From an uncultured Candidatus Micrarchaeota archaeon (GTDB lineage Archaea > Micrarchaeota > Micrarchaeia > Burarchaeales > Fermentimicrarchaeaceae): a DNA stretch of 50,532 bases. A model generated the notes under the pieces. It made no database searches and was not told the DNA's origin. It saw only the letters and a list, made by a program, of their open reading frames with translations. Where the stretch lies: assembly GCA_903921825.1 (NCBI GenBank), contig CAIXRF010000107.1, forward strand, positions 1 through 50,532. Reading direction: 5' to 3'. Shown in pieces: positions 30,012-39,786 of this stretch; positions within the stretch are counted from its first letter, which is position 1; every line of letters begins with the position of its first letter. A program made the position numbers and the translations under genes.

Positions 30012-31952
30012 TCATGAGCCCCACTCGCAGTCAGAGGCAATCTTCACCACTACTACGTCCCCCTCGTTGAGCTGCTGCGCCAGCCGTATCTGTTGCCACT
30101 TCTGCGTCTGCGCGTCCCAGAGGTAGGCACTGCTTGGCGTGCATGTGCCTGAAATCTGCTGCAGTGTGCTGCCGTCCTGGCCGGGCAGGATGGTTATGAA
30201 GTTCCAGCCTGCGCCCGCGTGCTCGCGCTGCGGCTCGGAGTCGGTTTCATAGGTCACGCTGCACGCCCTTGTCGTGAATGCCCACATGCCGCCGAAAGCG
30301 GCCGAGTCCTTCGGGGAGGCGAGTGTGCCATAGAGCTCCTGGTAATGCAACTCGTCCTGTGCTGAGCGGATGAGCAGCGTTGAGGGGTCGGCGCGCAGGA
30401 AGCGCCTTTCTGCCGGAGAATAGACCCATGCCACTTTCATGTAGGGGCAGTTTGCACGCGGCGTGACTCCCGACAGGTAAGGGAGTATGTTCCAGCCGCG
30501 CTTCAGCGCCACGTTGATTGTATTAACGGAAGGCGGGAGCGGCGGCGTTTCCGCTGGTGTCGGCGTCGGGTATGGCGTCACTGTTGGCACGGGGGTTTGT
30601 GTAGGGTATGGAGTTGGCGTCGATGAGGGGCCTGGAGTCGGCGTAGGTGTTGGGCTTCCGCCAGGCGTTGGGGTCGGAGACGGGGTTGGTGTGGGCGTCG
30701 GAGCGGGCGTTGGAGTAGGAGTAGGCGTCCGTGTCGGAGAGGGTGTGGGCGTCACTGTTGGCGTAGGGGTGGGGGTAGGTGTTGGTGAGGGCGCGTTCTC
30801 AAGCTCTATAAGGATCCACGCGTCCACCCACGACTGCGAGCCGTGCATGTTCGCAGTGAATGCATGCTGACCGGCAGTAAGTTTCGGGAGCCAATTTACT
30901 ACTTTGCTCCCATCCCACGTATCTGTATTTGCAACTTGGAGGCTGCCCAAATTCAGTCCGAATATGGCTTGGGTTGCAATAACCTTGCGGTCATGATCAG
31001 AGATGCTGTATGAGTTTTCCCCGCGCAACTGCCCGGGGCTTACTGCATAGGCATTCGGGTAAGCGAGGGTGTCCGGCTCGTCTATGGATACCCCTATGCT
31101 TGTGGGGCTGTACTGGTACATGCCGGCCGCTTGCCCTGCGAGCGCAAGATAGGCGTTCCTTGCCCTCTTGCCAGTTGGGATGGAAAAGACGACTGAGTAG
31201 GAGTGGGAATTAACATCGTCGCCGTTCAATTCTGCGCGTTTGAAGAGATGATAGATGGCAAAATCGCTACCTGAAGACTCGAACACGGGATTTTGTGAAG
31301 GTTGGAGCCCTTCTACCACTGAAACGGGAGAGTCGGATATCTCAACTTCTGCGCTCGGCTTCCAGCTCACTGGATCGCCCGTTGGATCGTTTAGTTGCAC
31401 TACGGTCAGGTACGCGCCCCCGAAATAATCCCAGCCGAATTCGTGCACTACCTTGTCTCCGATGATTCCCGCTACTTCAAGTGTATAGACTACTGTGGAA
31501 CCGTTCGTTCCTGCTTCTTTGAAGCGCACGAACACATTCGGTCCTTCGGGCGTTGTTTGGAGACTCCCGCCTTGCCCGGACTCGAACACGGAACTATAGG
31601 TTTGCTGGGTCCCTTCGCGGTCGCTGTAAATGCGGACCTCGACTGCCCCCGGATCCCCTAGATTTGATGCGTTGTACACTCTTATGCTGAATGTGGAAAT
31701 GGGCAACTGTATGAGTTCCCCGTCGCTGGCATTCACTTCGGTTAGGGGGTCGACGGAAAGCACGTCCATCCACCTCGCCGGAGCATAGTACCCTGGATTT
31801 ATCCTCACGAATACCAGGCGCTGTTCGGAGCCACCCATGTTCACAGTGACCGACTGCCCCTCTGTGATGTCATAGTGCGCACTGAGCGCGACCTGCGCGA
31901 TCACGAGGACCGCAATTGCAACTGTTACGGGCATCATCCTTGCCATGTTCAT
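30012..31952 (-). CDS. Secreted surface protein with long Pro/Thr linker and C-terminal GWN-type domain
   Basis: Signal peptide; ~90-aa PT-rich linker; LKRGWN...GGMW...AGWNF...[18 protein letters not shown] favours ATG 31946. Confidence 0.8.
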   Translation of the reverse strand: MNMARMMPVTVAIAVLVIAQVALSAHYDITEGQSVTVNMGGSEQRLVFVRINPGYYAPARWMDVLSVDPLTEVNASDGELIQLPISTFSIRVYNASNLGDPGAVEVRIYSDREGTQQTYSSVFESGQGGSLQTTPEGPNVFVRFKEAGTNGSTVVYTLEVAGIIGDKVVHEFGWDYFGGAYLTVVQLNDPTGDPVSWKPSAEVEISDSPVSVVEGLQPSQNPVFESSGSDFAIYHLFKRAELNGDDVNSHSYSVVFSIPTGKRARNAYLALAGQAAGMYQYSPTSIGVSIDEPDTLAYPNAYAVSPGQLRGENSYSISDHDRKVIATQAIFGLNLGSLQVANTDTWDGSKVVNWLPKLTAGQHAFTANMHGSQSWVDAWILIELENAPSPTPTPTPTPTVTPTPSPTRTPTPTPTPAPTPTPTPSPTPTPGGSPTPTPTPGPSSTPTPYPTQTPVPTVTPYPTPTPAETPPLPPSVNTINVALKRGWNILPYLSGVTPRANCPYMKVAWVYSPAERRFLRADPSTLLIRSAQDELHYQELYGTLASPKDSAAFGGMWAFTTRACSVTYETDSEPQREHAGAGWNFITILPGQDGSTLQQISGTCTPSSAYLWDAQTQKWQQIRLAQQLNEGDVVVVKIASDCEWGS

Positions 31953-32148
31953 CCACCTCTTTTTTGGAACATCATTTTCTTGCCTGTTTCTGCGCGCTCA
32001 TTTCCAGGCAGATTTGCTGCCTGGTCGCGCGCATCCTGGCTATGTTTGCGCCTTAACCTGCTATTATATTTTGAGTGGGAAATTTGGGGGTGAAAACGTT
32101 TCAGAATGCCCGTTTCTGGCTGAAATGGCTAAAAATCGTCCCATTTGC

Positions 32149-33189
32149 CTATTTGGACAAGAACCACTTCTTTAACCTGATTTCGGGGAAGATTTTGCCT
32201 TCTTCGCTCTCCACTATATTCTTGCCTTCAAGCGAGGCGATGATGCGGAAGAAGGATGTCTTCGGTATCGCAAGGGCGTGGCGGATTTTTGATGCACGCA
32301 TCTTCCCGCCGCTCACTAGGAGGAGCTTCACTATGTCGTATTCGCGCGTGGGGAGCGTCTGCATCACATCAAGCTGCCCAGAGGTCGGCTTGAATTCCCC
32401 TGGGGCTGCGCGGGTTGGGGCGGCCTGTTGTGGGCGGGGCTCCGGAATTTCCGCGGCCTCCTCGGGTTCTGTGGCCCTCCCGCGCAGCAGAAGGTGGCGC
32501 ACCACGAACAGCAGGATGACGCCCATCAGGAGGAGCACGATTCCGAGGAAGATTATGCCAGCGACGACTGCCAGAATCATCCAGAGCCCTTCCCCGGATG
32601 GCGTGGGGGTTGGTTGCGGCTGGGCCGGAGCGAGGTCTGCTGATGCCACCTGCCCCTGCGAAATGTGCACGCTGCGCGAGGCTGCGGAGAATGAAACGGT
32701 GCAATCACCGGCTGGGGCGAATTCGAACTCGAACCTTCCCGATGCGTCCGTTGAGGTGGTGCGTGAAAATCCGGTGCAGGAAAGGGAGACCGCCTCGTTT
32801 GGAAGCGGGGCGCCCGATGAATCCTGGATGCTGCCTGAGACGCTTCCTGCCGGAGCAAAATTGATGCGTTCGTTAGGCGTGCCTGGGACGCGCACACTCG
32901 TGATGATATAATCATAGCCCGGAGTCGAGTCCAGGTCCGCACCGATATCGACACTCGAAGTTCCCTGCGGGAGCATAAGCGAAAAGTCGCCGTCGGCATC
33001 CGTCACGGAATATGTGCTGCCCGACTGGAACGTTACCAGGAGCGTGGCGTCCGGGATGGGGGCCCCGTGCGCGGCGTCGTATGCAATCATCTCCGCCTGC
33101 ACCGTCTCGTCGGGCGAGCCCGGTGGAAGGACGTCCGCAAACGCTGCGCATGCGAGGAACAGGAGCACGGTGACTGGGACAAGCCTCAT
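32149..33189 (-). CDS. Membrane-spanning regulator: extracellular carboxypeptidase-regulatory-like Ig domains, TM helix, cytoplasmic wHTH
   Basis: Signal peptide; TDADG.F and TDASG.F repeats; TM; LPTREYDIVKLL..SGG....SKI...L.IPKTS..R....LE.K.IV; ATGA overlap with the upstream gene. Confidence 0.8.
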   Translation of the reverse strand: MRLVPVTVLLFLACAAFADVLPPGSPDETVQAEMIAYDAAHGAPIPDATLLVTFQSGSTYSVTDADGDFSLMLPQGTSSVDIGADLDSTPGYDYIITSVRVPGTPNERINFAPAGSVSGSIQDSSGAPLPNEAVSLSCTGFSRTTSTDASGRFEFEFAPAGDCTVSFSAASRSVHISQGQVASADLAPAQPQPTPTPSGEGLWMILAVVAGIIFLGIVLLLMGVILLFVVRHLLLRGRATEPEEAAEIPEPRPQQAAPTRAAPGEFKPTSGQLDVMQTLPTREYDIVKLLLVSGGKMRASKIRHALAIPKTSFFRIIASLEGKNIVESEEGKIFPEIRLKKWFLSK

Positions 33190-33980
33190 TTTTTCACCGC
33201 TAGCAGCGCGAGCAGGAAAACGAGGCCCACACTGGAGGGGCAAACGCCTGGGGTCGCTTCAACGGGAGTGCATACGCCGTTCACGCACGTATCGCGTGGA
33301 GGGCAGTCCGAATCGTGCGAGCATAGCGGCGACTGGCTTGTGGGCGAGGGAGTCGGCGCAATTGTTGGCGAAGTGGTTGGCGTTGCTGTGGGCTGAGGCG
33401 TTGGTGAAGGAGTTGAGGTGGGCGTAAGCACAGGCGTCGGGACGGGTGTTGAAGTGGGGGTAGGTGTTGGCGTAGAAACCGGCGCGCAGTCGCTGTGGTT
33501 GGACAGGCATTGCCCGGAAGGGCATTGCCTCGACTCATCCGTGCATGATTGCATCGACTCAATGTACCTCCCGTTGTAATGGAGGATGCCCTCGTAGCAT
33601 TGCTGGGGGCAGCGCGGGTCCGTGGTGTTCGTGCTCGGGGCGCACGCTGTCCCATTGAGGTTGCAACCATTGGGGCAGCCGTAGCTGGTTGGGCAGTTGC
33701 AGAATCCATGCTGTGCGTCCCAATAGCAGCCGGAATAGTAATTGACTCCCTCGCAATAGGACGGCGGGCAGTCCTGGCCCGGGCTTGTGGCGCACGCGGT
33801 GGCATCCTGGTTGCACCCATACTCGCAAGGCTGCTGGTTGCTGCATTCGCAGCCCATCGCTATGGAGTAGTAGCAGTCGGAGTAGTAGACCCCCTCGTGG
33901 CAGTAAGAGGTCTCACAGGTCTGCGCTGCGGAGATGATAGGCAGGAGCACGAGCAGCAAGGTGATGGTGAAGGGTCTCAT
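33186..33980 (-). CDS. Cys-rich secreted protein with three disulfide repeats, Pro/Thr linker and Cys-containing C-terminal anchor
   Basis: Signal peptide MRPFTITLLLVLLPIISAA; repeats C..SYC.....Y..C.....C.C....C..GC......CA; CSHDSDC....C..GVC; tail CPSSVGLVFLLALLAVKK. Confidence 0.8.
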   Translation of the reverse strand: MRPFTITLLLVLLPIISAAQTCETSYCHEGVYYSDCYYSIAMGCECSNQQPCEYGCNQDATACATSPGQDCPPSYCEGVNYYSGCYWDAQHGFCNCPTSYGCPNGCNLNGTACAPSTNTTDPRCPQQCYEGILHYNGRYIESMQSCTDESRQCPSGQCLSNHSDCAPVSTPTPTPTSTPVPTPVLTPTSTPSPTPQPTATPTTSPTIAPTPSPTSQSPLCSHDSDCPPRDTCVNGVCTPVEATPGVCPSSVGLVFLLALLAVKK

Positions 33981-34026
33981 GCAGGGATTTAAACTTCTGC
34001 TAGTATTAAAACTGCCGGGTGATTGG

Positions 34027-35334
34027 ATGGCGAGGAGAAAGCTCATTATAATCGGCGCCGCAGGAAGGGACTTCCACAACTTCAACGTGCTTTACCGCGA
34101 AGATGGCGAATACGAGGTTGCCGCATTCACCGCTGCGCAGATTCCTGGGATTGCGGGCAGGAAATACCCGAAGGAGCTCGCGGGTAAGCTGTATCCTGAG
34201 GGGATTCCAATCTACGAAGAGGCCGAGCTGCCGGCTCTCATCAGGAAGCTGGGGGCCGATGCGTGCGTCATGGCCTATTCCGACCTTGCATACGCAGAGG
34301 TGATGCACAAGGCAAGTATTTGCAACGCCGCTGGCGCGGACTTCTGGCTCATTGGCGCGGATAGGACCATGATTAGGTCGAAGAAGCCCGTTGTCTCCAT
34401 CTGCGCAGTGAGGACAGGCAGCGGCAAGAGCCAGACCACGCGGAAGGTGGTCGAGATTTTGAAGAAGAAGGGGCGGAAGCCCGTTGTCATCAGGCACCCT
34501 ATGCCCTATGGCGACTTGCGGGAGCAGGCCGTGGAGCGGTTCGCAACCATGAAGGACATGGAGAAATACAAGTGCACGATTGAGGAGCGGGAAGAATACG
34601 AGCTCCACATCGCTGCGGGGACGGTCCTTTATGCGGGGGTGGATTACGGCGCAATCCTCAGGGAGGCGGAGAAGGAAGCCGATGTGATAGTGTGGGATGG
34701 CGGGAACAACGACACTTCCTTCTACAAGCCAGACCTCCAGATTGTCGTCGCTGACCCGCACAGGCCGGGGGACGAGCTGGGTTATTACCCGGGGGAGACG
34801 AACCTGCGGATGGCAGACGCAGTGGTGATAAACAAAGTGGATTCCGCGGAGCCGAAGAACGTCGAGATAGTCAGGCGGAACACCGCAATGGTGAACCCTA
34901 GGGCGAAGATAATTCTTGCCGACTCGGTGATAAGCGCGGACAACCCGAATCTCATAAAGGGGAAGAGGGTGTTGGTAGTGGAGGACGGGCCGACGCTCAC
35001 GCACGGCGGGATGAGATATGGCGCGGGAAGCGTGGCCGCGCAGAGGTTTGGGGCCGCGGAGATTGTGGATGCAAAAAAATGGGCCGTAGGCTCCATCAAG
35101 GAGACGTACGCGAAATACCCGCACCTTGAGCGGATTCTGCCTGCCATGGGATACAGCGCGAAGCAGATGAGGGAGCTTGAGGCCACGATAAATGCCGCTG
35201 ATTGCGACTCGGTGGTCATTGGGACGCCGATAAACCTGGGGAGGCTGCTCAGGATAGACAAACCCGCGGTGCGCATAAGCTACGAACTGAAGGAGAAGGG
35301 TGCTGGGATAGAAGAGCTGCTCAGGAAGTTCTAG
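34027..35334 (+). CDS. arcE: COG2403 P-loop NTPase (cDPG-synthetase-like; arginine synthetase ArcE family)
   Basis: IIIGAAGRDFHNFN, AVRTGSGKSQT, RHPMPYGDL, TIEEREEYE, WDGGNND, VEDGPTLTHGGM motifs. The functional name is recalled from the Thermococcus ArcE work, not verified. Confidence 0.75.
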   Translation: MARRKLIIIGAAGRDFHNFNVLYREDGEYEVAAFTAAQIPGIAGRKYPKELAGKLYPEGIPIYEEAELPALIRKLGADACVMAYSDLAYAEVMHKASICNAAGADFWLIGADRTMIRSKKPVVSICAVRTGSGKSQTTRKVVEILKKKGRKPVVIRHPMPYGDLREQAVERFATMKDMEKYKCTIEEREEYELHIAAGTVLYAGVDYGAILREAEKEADVIVWDGGNNDTSFYKPDLQIVVADPHRPGDELGYYPGETNLRMADAVVINKVDSAEPKNVEIVRRNTAMVNPRAKIILADSVISADNPNLIKGKRVLVVEDGPTLTHGGMRYGAGSVAAQRFGAAEIVDAKKWAVGSIKETYAKYPHLERILPAMGYSAKQMRELEATINAADCDSVVIGTPINLGRLLRIDKPAVRISYELKEKGAGIEELLRKF

Positions 35335-38300
35335 CCCAGATGGCAGGGCGTGCCGCTCCGCACGGCTATTACGCTTCCAACCATCTCAGGAGTTATCGCT
35401 CCGTTGAACTCTACCCATTTCTGGCCTGAGGCATCCCACACAGAAACGCGCTTTGGCTCGCACGTCCCCAGGACGTTTGGTATTGTGTTCTCCGACATCC
35501 AAGGAAGAACTGTGAGCATCGCACCGCCAGCGGGAACATCGAGCCCGGCCTCGCTGCTGCGCAGGGGGAGGGGCGTGGAGGCAAGTGCATAGGTTATGGT
35601 GCATCCGCTGTCCGCGTAATACCACGCGCCCCCGAATGCCAGCGCCGTGCGCGGCGATGCCGCTGTGCCGTGGGCAATCGTGAAGTCCGACGCCTCGGTC
35701 TCGGAAACGAAGTGGAGCATCTGGGGGTCGAGCTGCGCATAGTCGCCTTCGCCAAGGCGGAGCAGCGCCTCGCCCGAGCAGTCCGTCGAAATGGGGACGC
35801 CATATAGGAAAGGCACGGCATTCCAGCCCGGCGCAAGGCTCACTGAGAGCGACTCGGAGGGCTGCGCTGAAACGGTGACGCCCGTGACGGCGAATGCGTT
35901 GTTCGACTCATTCGACTCATTTATGTCGTTGGAGGAATCCGCGGTGAAAACCAGTTCGTAGGCCCCGAGTGCCTGCGGCGTGAATACGAATTCCACTGCA
36001 AGGTCCTGCCCGGAGGCATGGGAATACGTGGTGACGATGTCGAGCGGTGTTATTGAGCCGTCACTTCCCCGCATGCTGAGCGTGGACTGGTACTGTGAGT
36101 ATATGCTCGGCCCGGCATTCCTCACCACCAGGGTTGCGAGTGCCGGCTCACCCTGCCTCAGTTCCGCTGGGAAGCGGACTCCTGCAATCAGCAGGTCCGG
36201 CTGCTGCGCCTCTTGGGGCTGCGAAGGCGAAAAGAGCAGCGAGGTGGCGCGCAGCATGCACCCGCTCCTCACCCTCACGAAGCGGTAGGCAGGGATTTGG
36301 GACGAAAGGGTGAAGCTGCCAGAGGCTTCGGGCTGCGCCTGCGCGAGCGGGGTGAATGAAACGGAGTCGTTGCTCCCTTCCAGCTGCACTGGCTGCGTAC
36401 ATGATGGGAGCGCGCTTTCGCCCGCAACGTAGAGCGTCCCAGCGACCGGTGTGCCGAGGTTATATGTCTGGTTCTCGTTCCAGTTCCAGCACGGGTCGTC
36501 CGATGCCGCGAGGTTCGACTGCGACTCTAGTGCGCCTCCGGAGAGGCATGAGAGCGGAAGAGCTGCGCCTTCCGCAAGCCCCGCGGAAACGAAAATCCGC
36601 TTGGCGAACTCCGGTGCATCCGCGAGCGCTGCGGTCATGGGTATCATCCGGACGCCTGGCTGCGCATTCTCCGGGATGGAAATCGTGAGCGCGGTGCTCC
36701 TTGAGCCTCCGCACGGGACGGAGAGGGAATCTTTCTCGAAGCTTGCGTTCCAGCCGGCTGGGGGCTCGGCGGAGAGACTGATGGTTTGCGTGCCGTTGCA
36801 CTCGCTGTTGCCCCTTACTTCAACCAGATAGGATGTCGCGTGGCCAGCGGATGCAAGCTGCGCTGCGGGCGCGGCAGAAACGGATGGAATCCGGTATTGT
36901 CCCTGCGGCGCTGCTATTGTGAGGTTACCGGCGAAGGCGAGCGGCTTGTATCCCTCGGCCTCGCAGGTTATGAGGTAGGGGTAGAGCCCGGGCTGCTTCT
37001 CGGAGATGTCGGCCATGAGTGTGGATGTGCCGTTCTCTTGCCTCATTTCGACGCCCAGCGAGCCCATGAGCTCCGAGCTGATGCGGCACGTGCCTATCGT
37101 GCTGTTGTGAAGGTCATAATACCTTGCGAAGAAGCTTGCGGAGGCTCCTGGCAGCGCAGCGAGCGTGCCATTGCCTTCCACACCCGCGCTCAGCCCCGCG
37201 AAAAGCTTGGGGGACGAAACTGTGTAGTAGGCCTCTGCGAAGGAAGTGAGATCAGCCTCGTGGTCCTCGGCGTTCATCGGAGTCGCGTTGAACCTGAACC
37301 GGTATCTGCCCGGCTGCTCCCCGAACGGAGGGGTGACTGAGAGGAACGTCAGGTTGGAATGGCCGGGCATTGCCGGGACGCGGGTCGAGGATAGGCCATA
37401 CACCCACCCTTCATACCCTTCGCGCTGGACTAGCTCGAACGTGGTCGGGTCGCACTCTGGGCCGTCCCTGTTCGTCACGGTTATTTCGTAGTAGAGGGGC
37501 GTGCCGACCTCTCCAGTCTGCTCACTTGGGGATATCTGCAGTCCTGGGCTCCGGCGCGTGCAAAGCGCCTGGACTGGGATGAGCGTGACGTAGAGCGGCG
37601 TGCTGCTCGCCGCGGTCCAGTTGAGCATGAGGGTTGGGGTGATGATGATGCTCAGGGTGTCGCTCGTTATGCTGTCCTTCCCGAAAGTCCATTCCGCGTA
37701 GGAGGTGCCTGCCTCGAGCCAGGTGTAGCCGTCGTGTGCGCGCCCGTCGCTCGCGAAGCTGTCCGCGGTAAAGCCGTTTACCTTGAGCGTGCCCAGCTTC
37801 ACTCCGACGCTTTCCGGTCCACCCCTCTCCACGCGCACCTTGAGGCGCTGCACAACTCCGAGGGATGCACGCTTGATTGCAAACTCACCCCTTGGGCTGC
37901 CTTCTATTGAGAACACCTGCAGGACCTGGCCCCCTGGGGAACTCATTGGGAGCGGGTATGACAGAAGCAGCGGGGCGTAGCCTGGCTTTGAGCAGCTTGC
38001 GGTGAATTCGTAGACCCCGACCCCGAGGCTGGAGGAGTCCAGCGTGAGCGTGTATGCCGTGTCGTTCTGCACCATCTGCACCGGCTCCGCAATGGCGCCC
38101 TGTGCGGAGATGGTGCAGTTCGCGCCAAGCACGGGCTGCTGTGTGAGGACGTCCATGTAGGCTGCGCGCAGCAGGAGCGTGGGGGTTGCACCGAGCACAG
38201 CACTGGCGGGGCTTGAGGAAAGGGAGCCGGTGGTTGCGCGCTGCTCTGTGGGCGCGGGCCCTATGTAGAGCCCGGTTGAGATCAGGTTGTTCGATGCGTT

Positions 38301-39740
38301 CGCATCTGCCTCCGGGGGCGAAACGCTCACGTTGGCATACACTGTGTGCATGCCCACGGACGGAGGTGCCCATATTACTTCTGCATCCGTGCTTCCGTTC
38401 TCGGCCCACGCTGGGGAATCTGGCCCAAGCCGCACCTCGCCGAGCTTGTGTGCGTCGTCGAACGCGTCCGCATAGAATGAAACGATTACTGCACGCGTGG
38501 TATTCGGGTCGAGGGCGCCCCCGTGGTTTGAGATTTCCGCAACGATTCGCGCTGGAATGCCGTTCTCCGGGGCTGCCGCGCCGTCCGTTGAGTAAATGTG
38601 GATGACGGTGGGCACCAGGTCTGCCTCCTCGCGCAGGACCAGCGTGCTCGACTTCAGCCAGCACTCCCCATTTCTTAGCCTGTAATACCGGTGGCTTCCA
38701 AGCGAGGAAAGCTGCATCGTGAAAGGCTGTGGGGATACGGTCGTGGCCGAACCGATGGAGGCGAAGTTCGCGCCGTCGTCGCTCAGCTCCACTATCGTCC
38801 TGCCGCTGCATCCGTCTATCGAGTCGGTGACCAAGGTTATGGTCGCGTGCTCCAGTGTCGGGACGTGACCGAGCAGGAGCTGGAGGTCATACGTGTGTGT
38901 TATCCCAGTAGTGTTCATCGAGAGCGTTGCGGCGCCCGGAAGCAGCGGAAGCAGCATGAGGGAAAGGAGGACCAGCGCGGGCTTCTTCCCACCGCGCCCT
39001 TTTTTCATGATATAATAGTATGCGAGGAATGCGACTACTGCGGCAACGGCCACTATGCCCATGAAGAGGATGAACACCTTGTTAGGGGAAGCGGACAGCT
39101 CCTCGAGAAGCGGTGGTTTGCGCACGAGCGAAATCGTCGTGTTGGCGGTCTTGCCCTTCTCCACGGAGAACTCCGCGCTTCCGTCCTCGTGCTCTATCGA
39201 AACGGAGGCACTGCACCTGCCAGCGGGAAGGATTGCACCGAATTCTCCGTTCGCGCTGGAATTCGCCTGGCCGGCAGGCAGGGCGCTGTTTTCACAGGAG
39301 AAAATCACGGACGCAGGGACGCCGCTGCCGTTGCTTGCGAGCACGCTGCCTGAAACAAGCCCGACTGGGACCATCTGGATGGATTGGGGTGATTGGGACG
39401 GGTTTGAGAGTGTTGCCCGAGTTGAAAGGTATGCCGGGGTGCCGTCCGGCTCCAGCACTTCAGCGGTTGCAGTCACGGACTGCGTGCCTGGCGGAAGCAT
39501 GAGATAAAGCAGTGCGCTCCCGTTCGCATCCGTGCGCAGGATTGTCTGCAGCGAAGCGTTGCCATACTCCACCGACATCTCCACGCGCGCGTTCGAAATC
39601 GGGAAGCCGGTCTGCACTTCGCTGAATGAAACTGCCATTTGGGAGCTCTCCCACGGGAACGCCGGGGGAAGCGCCGCAAGCGCAGCAGCTGGCAGGATGG
39701 ATAACGCTAGCAGCAAAAGGCTTGCCTTCAATCCGACCAC
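35331..39740 (-). CDS. 1469-aa surface protein: Ig domains, TM, internal second signal peptide, CARDB and NEW3-like domains, C-terminal GWN-type domain
   Basis: N-terminal signal peptide; TM then MKKGRGGKKPALVLLSLMLLPLLPGAA; CARDB signatures ADL.P...EADANASNN and PDL.I...INESNESNN; P.GW.ASF NEW3-like segments; LAPGWN C-domain. Confidence 0.8.
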   Translation of the reverse strand: MVGLKASLLLLALSILPAAALAALPPAFPWESSQMAVSFSEVQTGFPISNARVEMSVEYGNASLQTILRTDANGSALLYLMLPPGTQSVTATAEVLEPDGTPAYLSTRATLSNPSQSPQSIQMVPVGLVSGSVLASNGSGVPASVIFSCENSALPAGQANSSANGEFGAILPAGRCSASVSIEHEDGSAEFSVEKGKTANTTISLVRKPPLLEELSASPNKVFILFMGIVAVAAVVAFLAYYYIMKKGRGGKKPALVLLSLMLLPLLPGAATLSMNTTGITHTYDLQLLLGHVPTLEHATITLVTDSIDGCSGRTIVELSDDGANFASIGSATTVSPQPFTMQLSSLGSHRYYRLRNGECWLKSSTLVLREEADLVPTVIHIYSTDGAAAPENGIPARIVAEISNHGGALDPNTTRAVIVSFYADAFDDAHKLGEVRLGPDSPAWAENGSTDAEVIWAPPSVGMHTVYANVSVSPPEADANASNNLISTGLYIGPAPTEQRATTGSLSSSPASAVLGATPTLLLRAAYMDVLTQQPVLGANCTISAQGAIAEPVQMVQNDTAYTLTLDSSSLGVGVYEFTASCSKPGYAPLLLSYPLPMSSPGGQVLQVFSIEGSPRGEFAIKRASLGVVQRLKVRVERGGPESVGVKLGTLKVNGFTADSFASDGRAHDGYTWLEAGTSYAEWTFGKDSITSDTLSIIITPTLMLNWTAASSTPLYVTLIPVQALCTRRSPGLQISPSEQTGEVGTPLYYEITVTNRDGPECDPTTFELVQREGYEGWVYGLSSTRVPAMPGHSNLTFLSVTPPFGEQPGRYRFRFNATPMNAEDHEADLTSFAEAYYTVSSPKLFAGLSAGVEGNGTLAALPGASASFFARYYDLHNSTIGTCRISSELMGSLGVEMRQENGTSTLMADISEKQPGLYPYLITCEAEGYKPLAFAGNLTIAAPQGQYRIPSVSAAPAAQLASAGHATSYLVEVRGNSECNGTQTISLSAEPPAGWNASFEKDSLSVPCGGSRSTALTISIPENAQPGVRMIPMTAALADAPEFAKRIFVSAGLAEGAALPLSCLSGGALESQSNLAASDDPCWNWNENQTYNLGTPVAGTLYVAGESALPSCTQPVQLEGSNDSVSFTPLAQAQPEASGSFTLSSQIPAYRFVRVRSGCMLRATSLLFSPSQPQEAQQPDLLIAGVRFPAELRQGEPALATLVVRNAGPSIYSQYQSTLSMRGSDGSITPLDIVTTYSHASGQDLAVEFVFTPQALGAYELVFTADSSNDINESNESNNAFAVTGVTVSAQPSESLSVSLAPGWNAVPFLYGVPISTDCSGEALLRLGEGDYAQLDPQMLHFVSETEASDFTIAHGTAASPRTALAFGGAWYYADSGCTITYALASTPLPLRSSEAGLDVPAGGAMLTVLPWMSENTIPNVLGTCEPKRVSVWDASGQKWVEFNGAITPEMVGSVIAVRSGTPCHLG

Positions 39741-39786
39741 GGGGAAAATTCTGGGTTTGCGGTATATAAAAGAATCGCCGCAGCGC

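Noticed and set aside
30540-30800. Short periodic repeats (also 680-860, 5030-5130, 22720-22860, 33340-33480)
   Set aside because: They encode Pro/Thr linkers within ORFs; no constant repeat with unique spacers and no cas genes, so not CRISPR.
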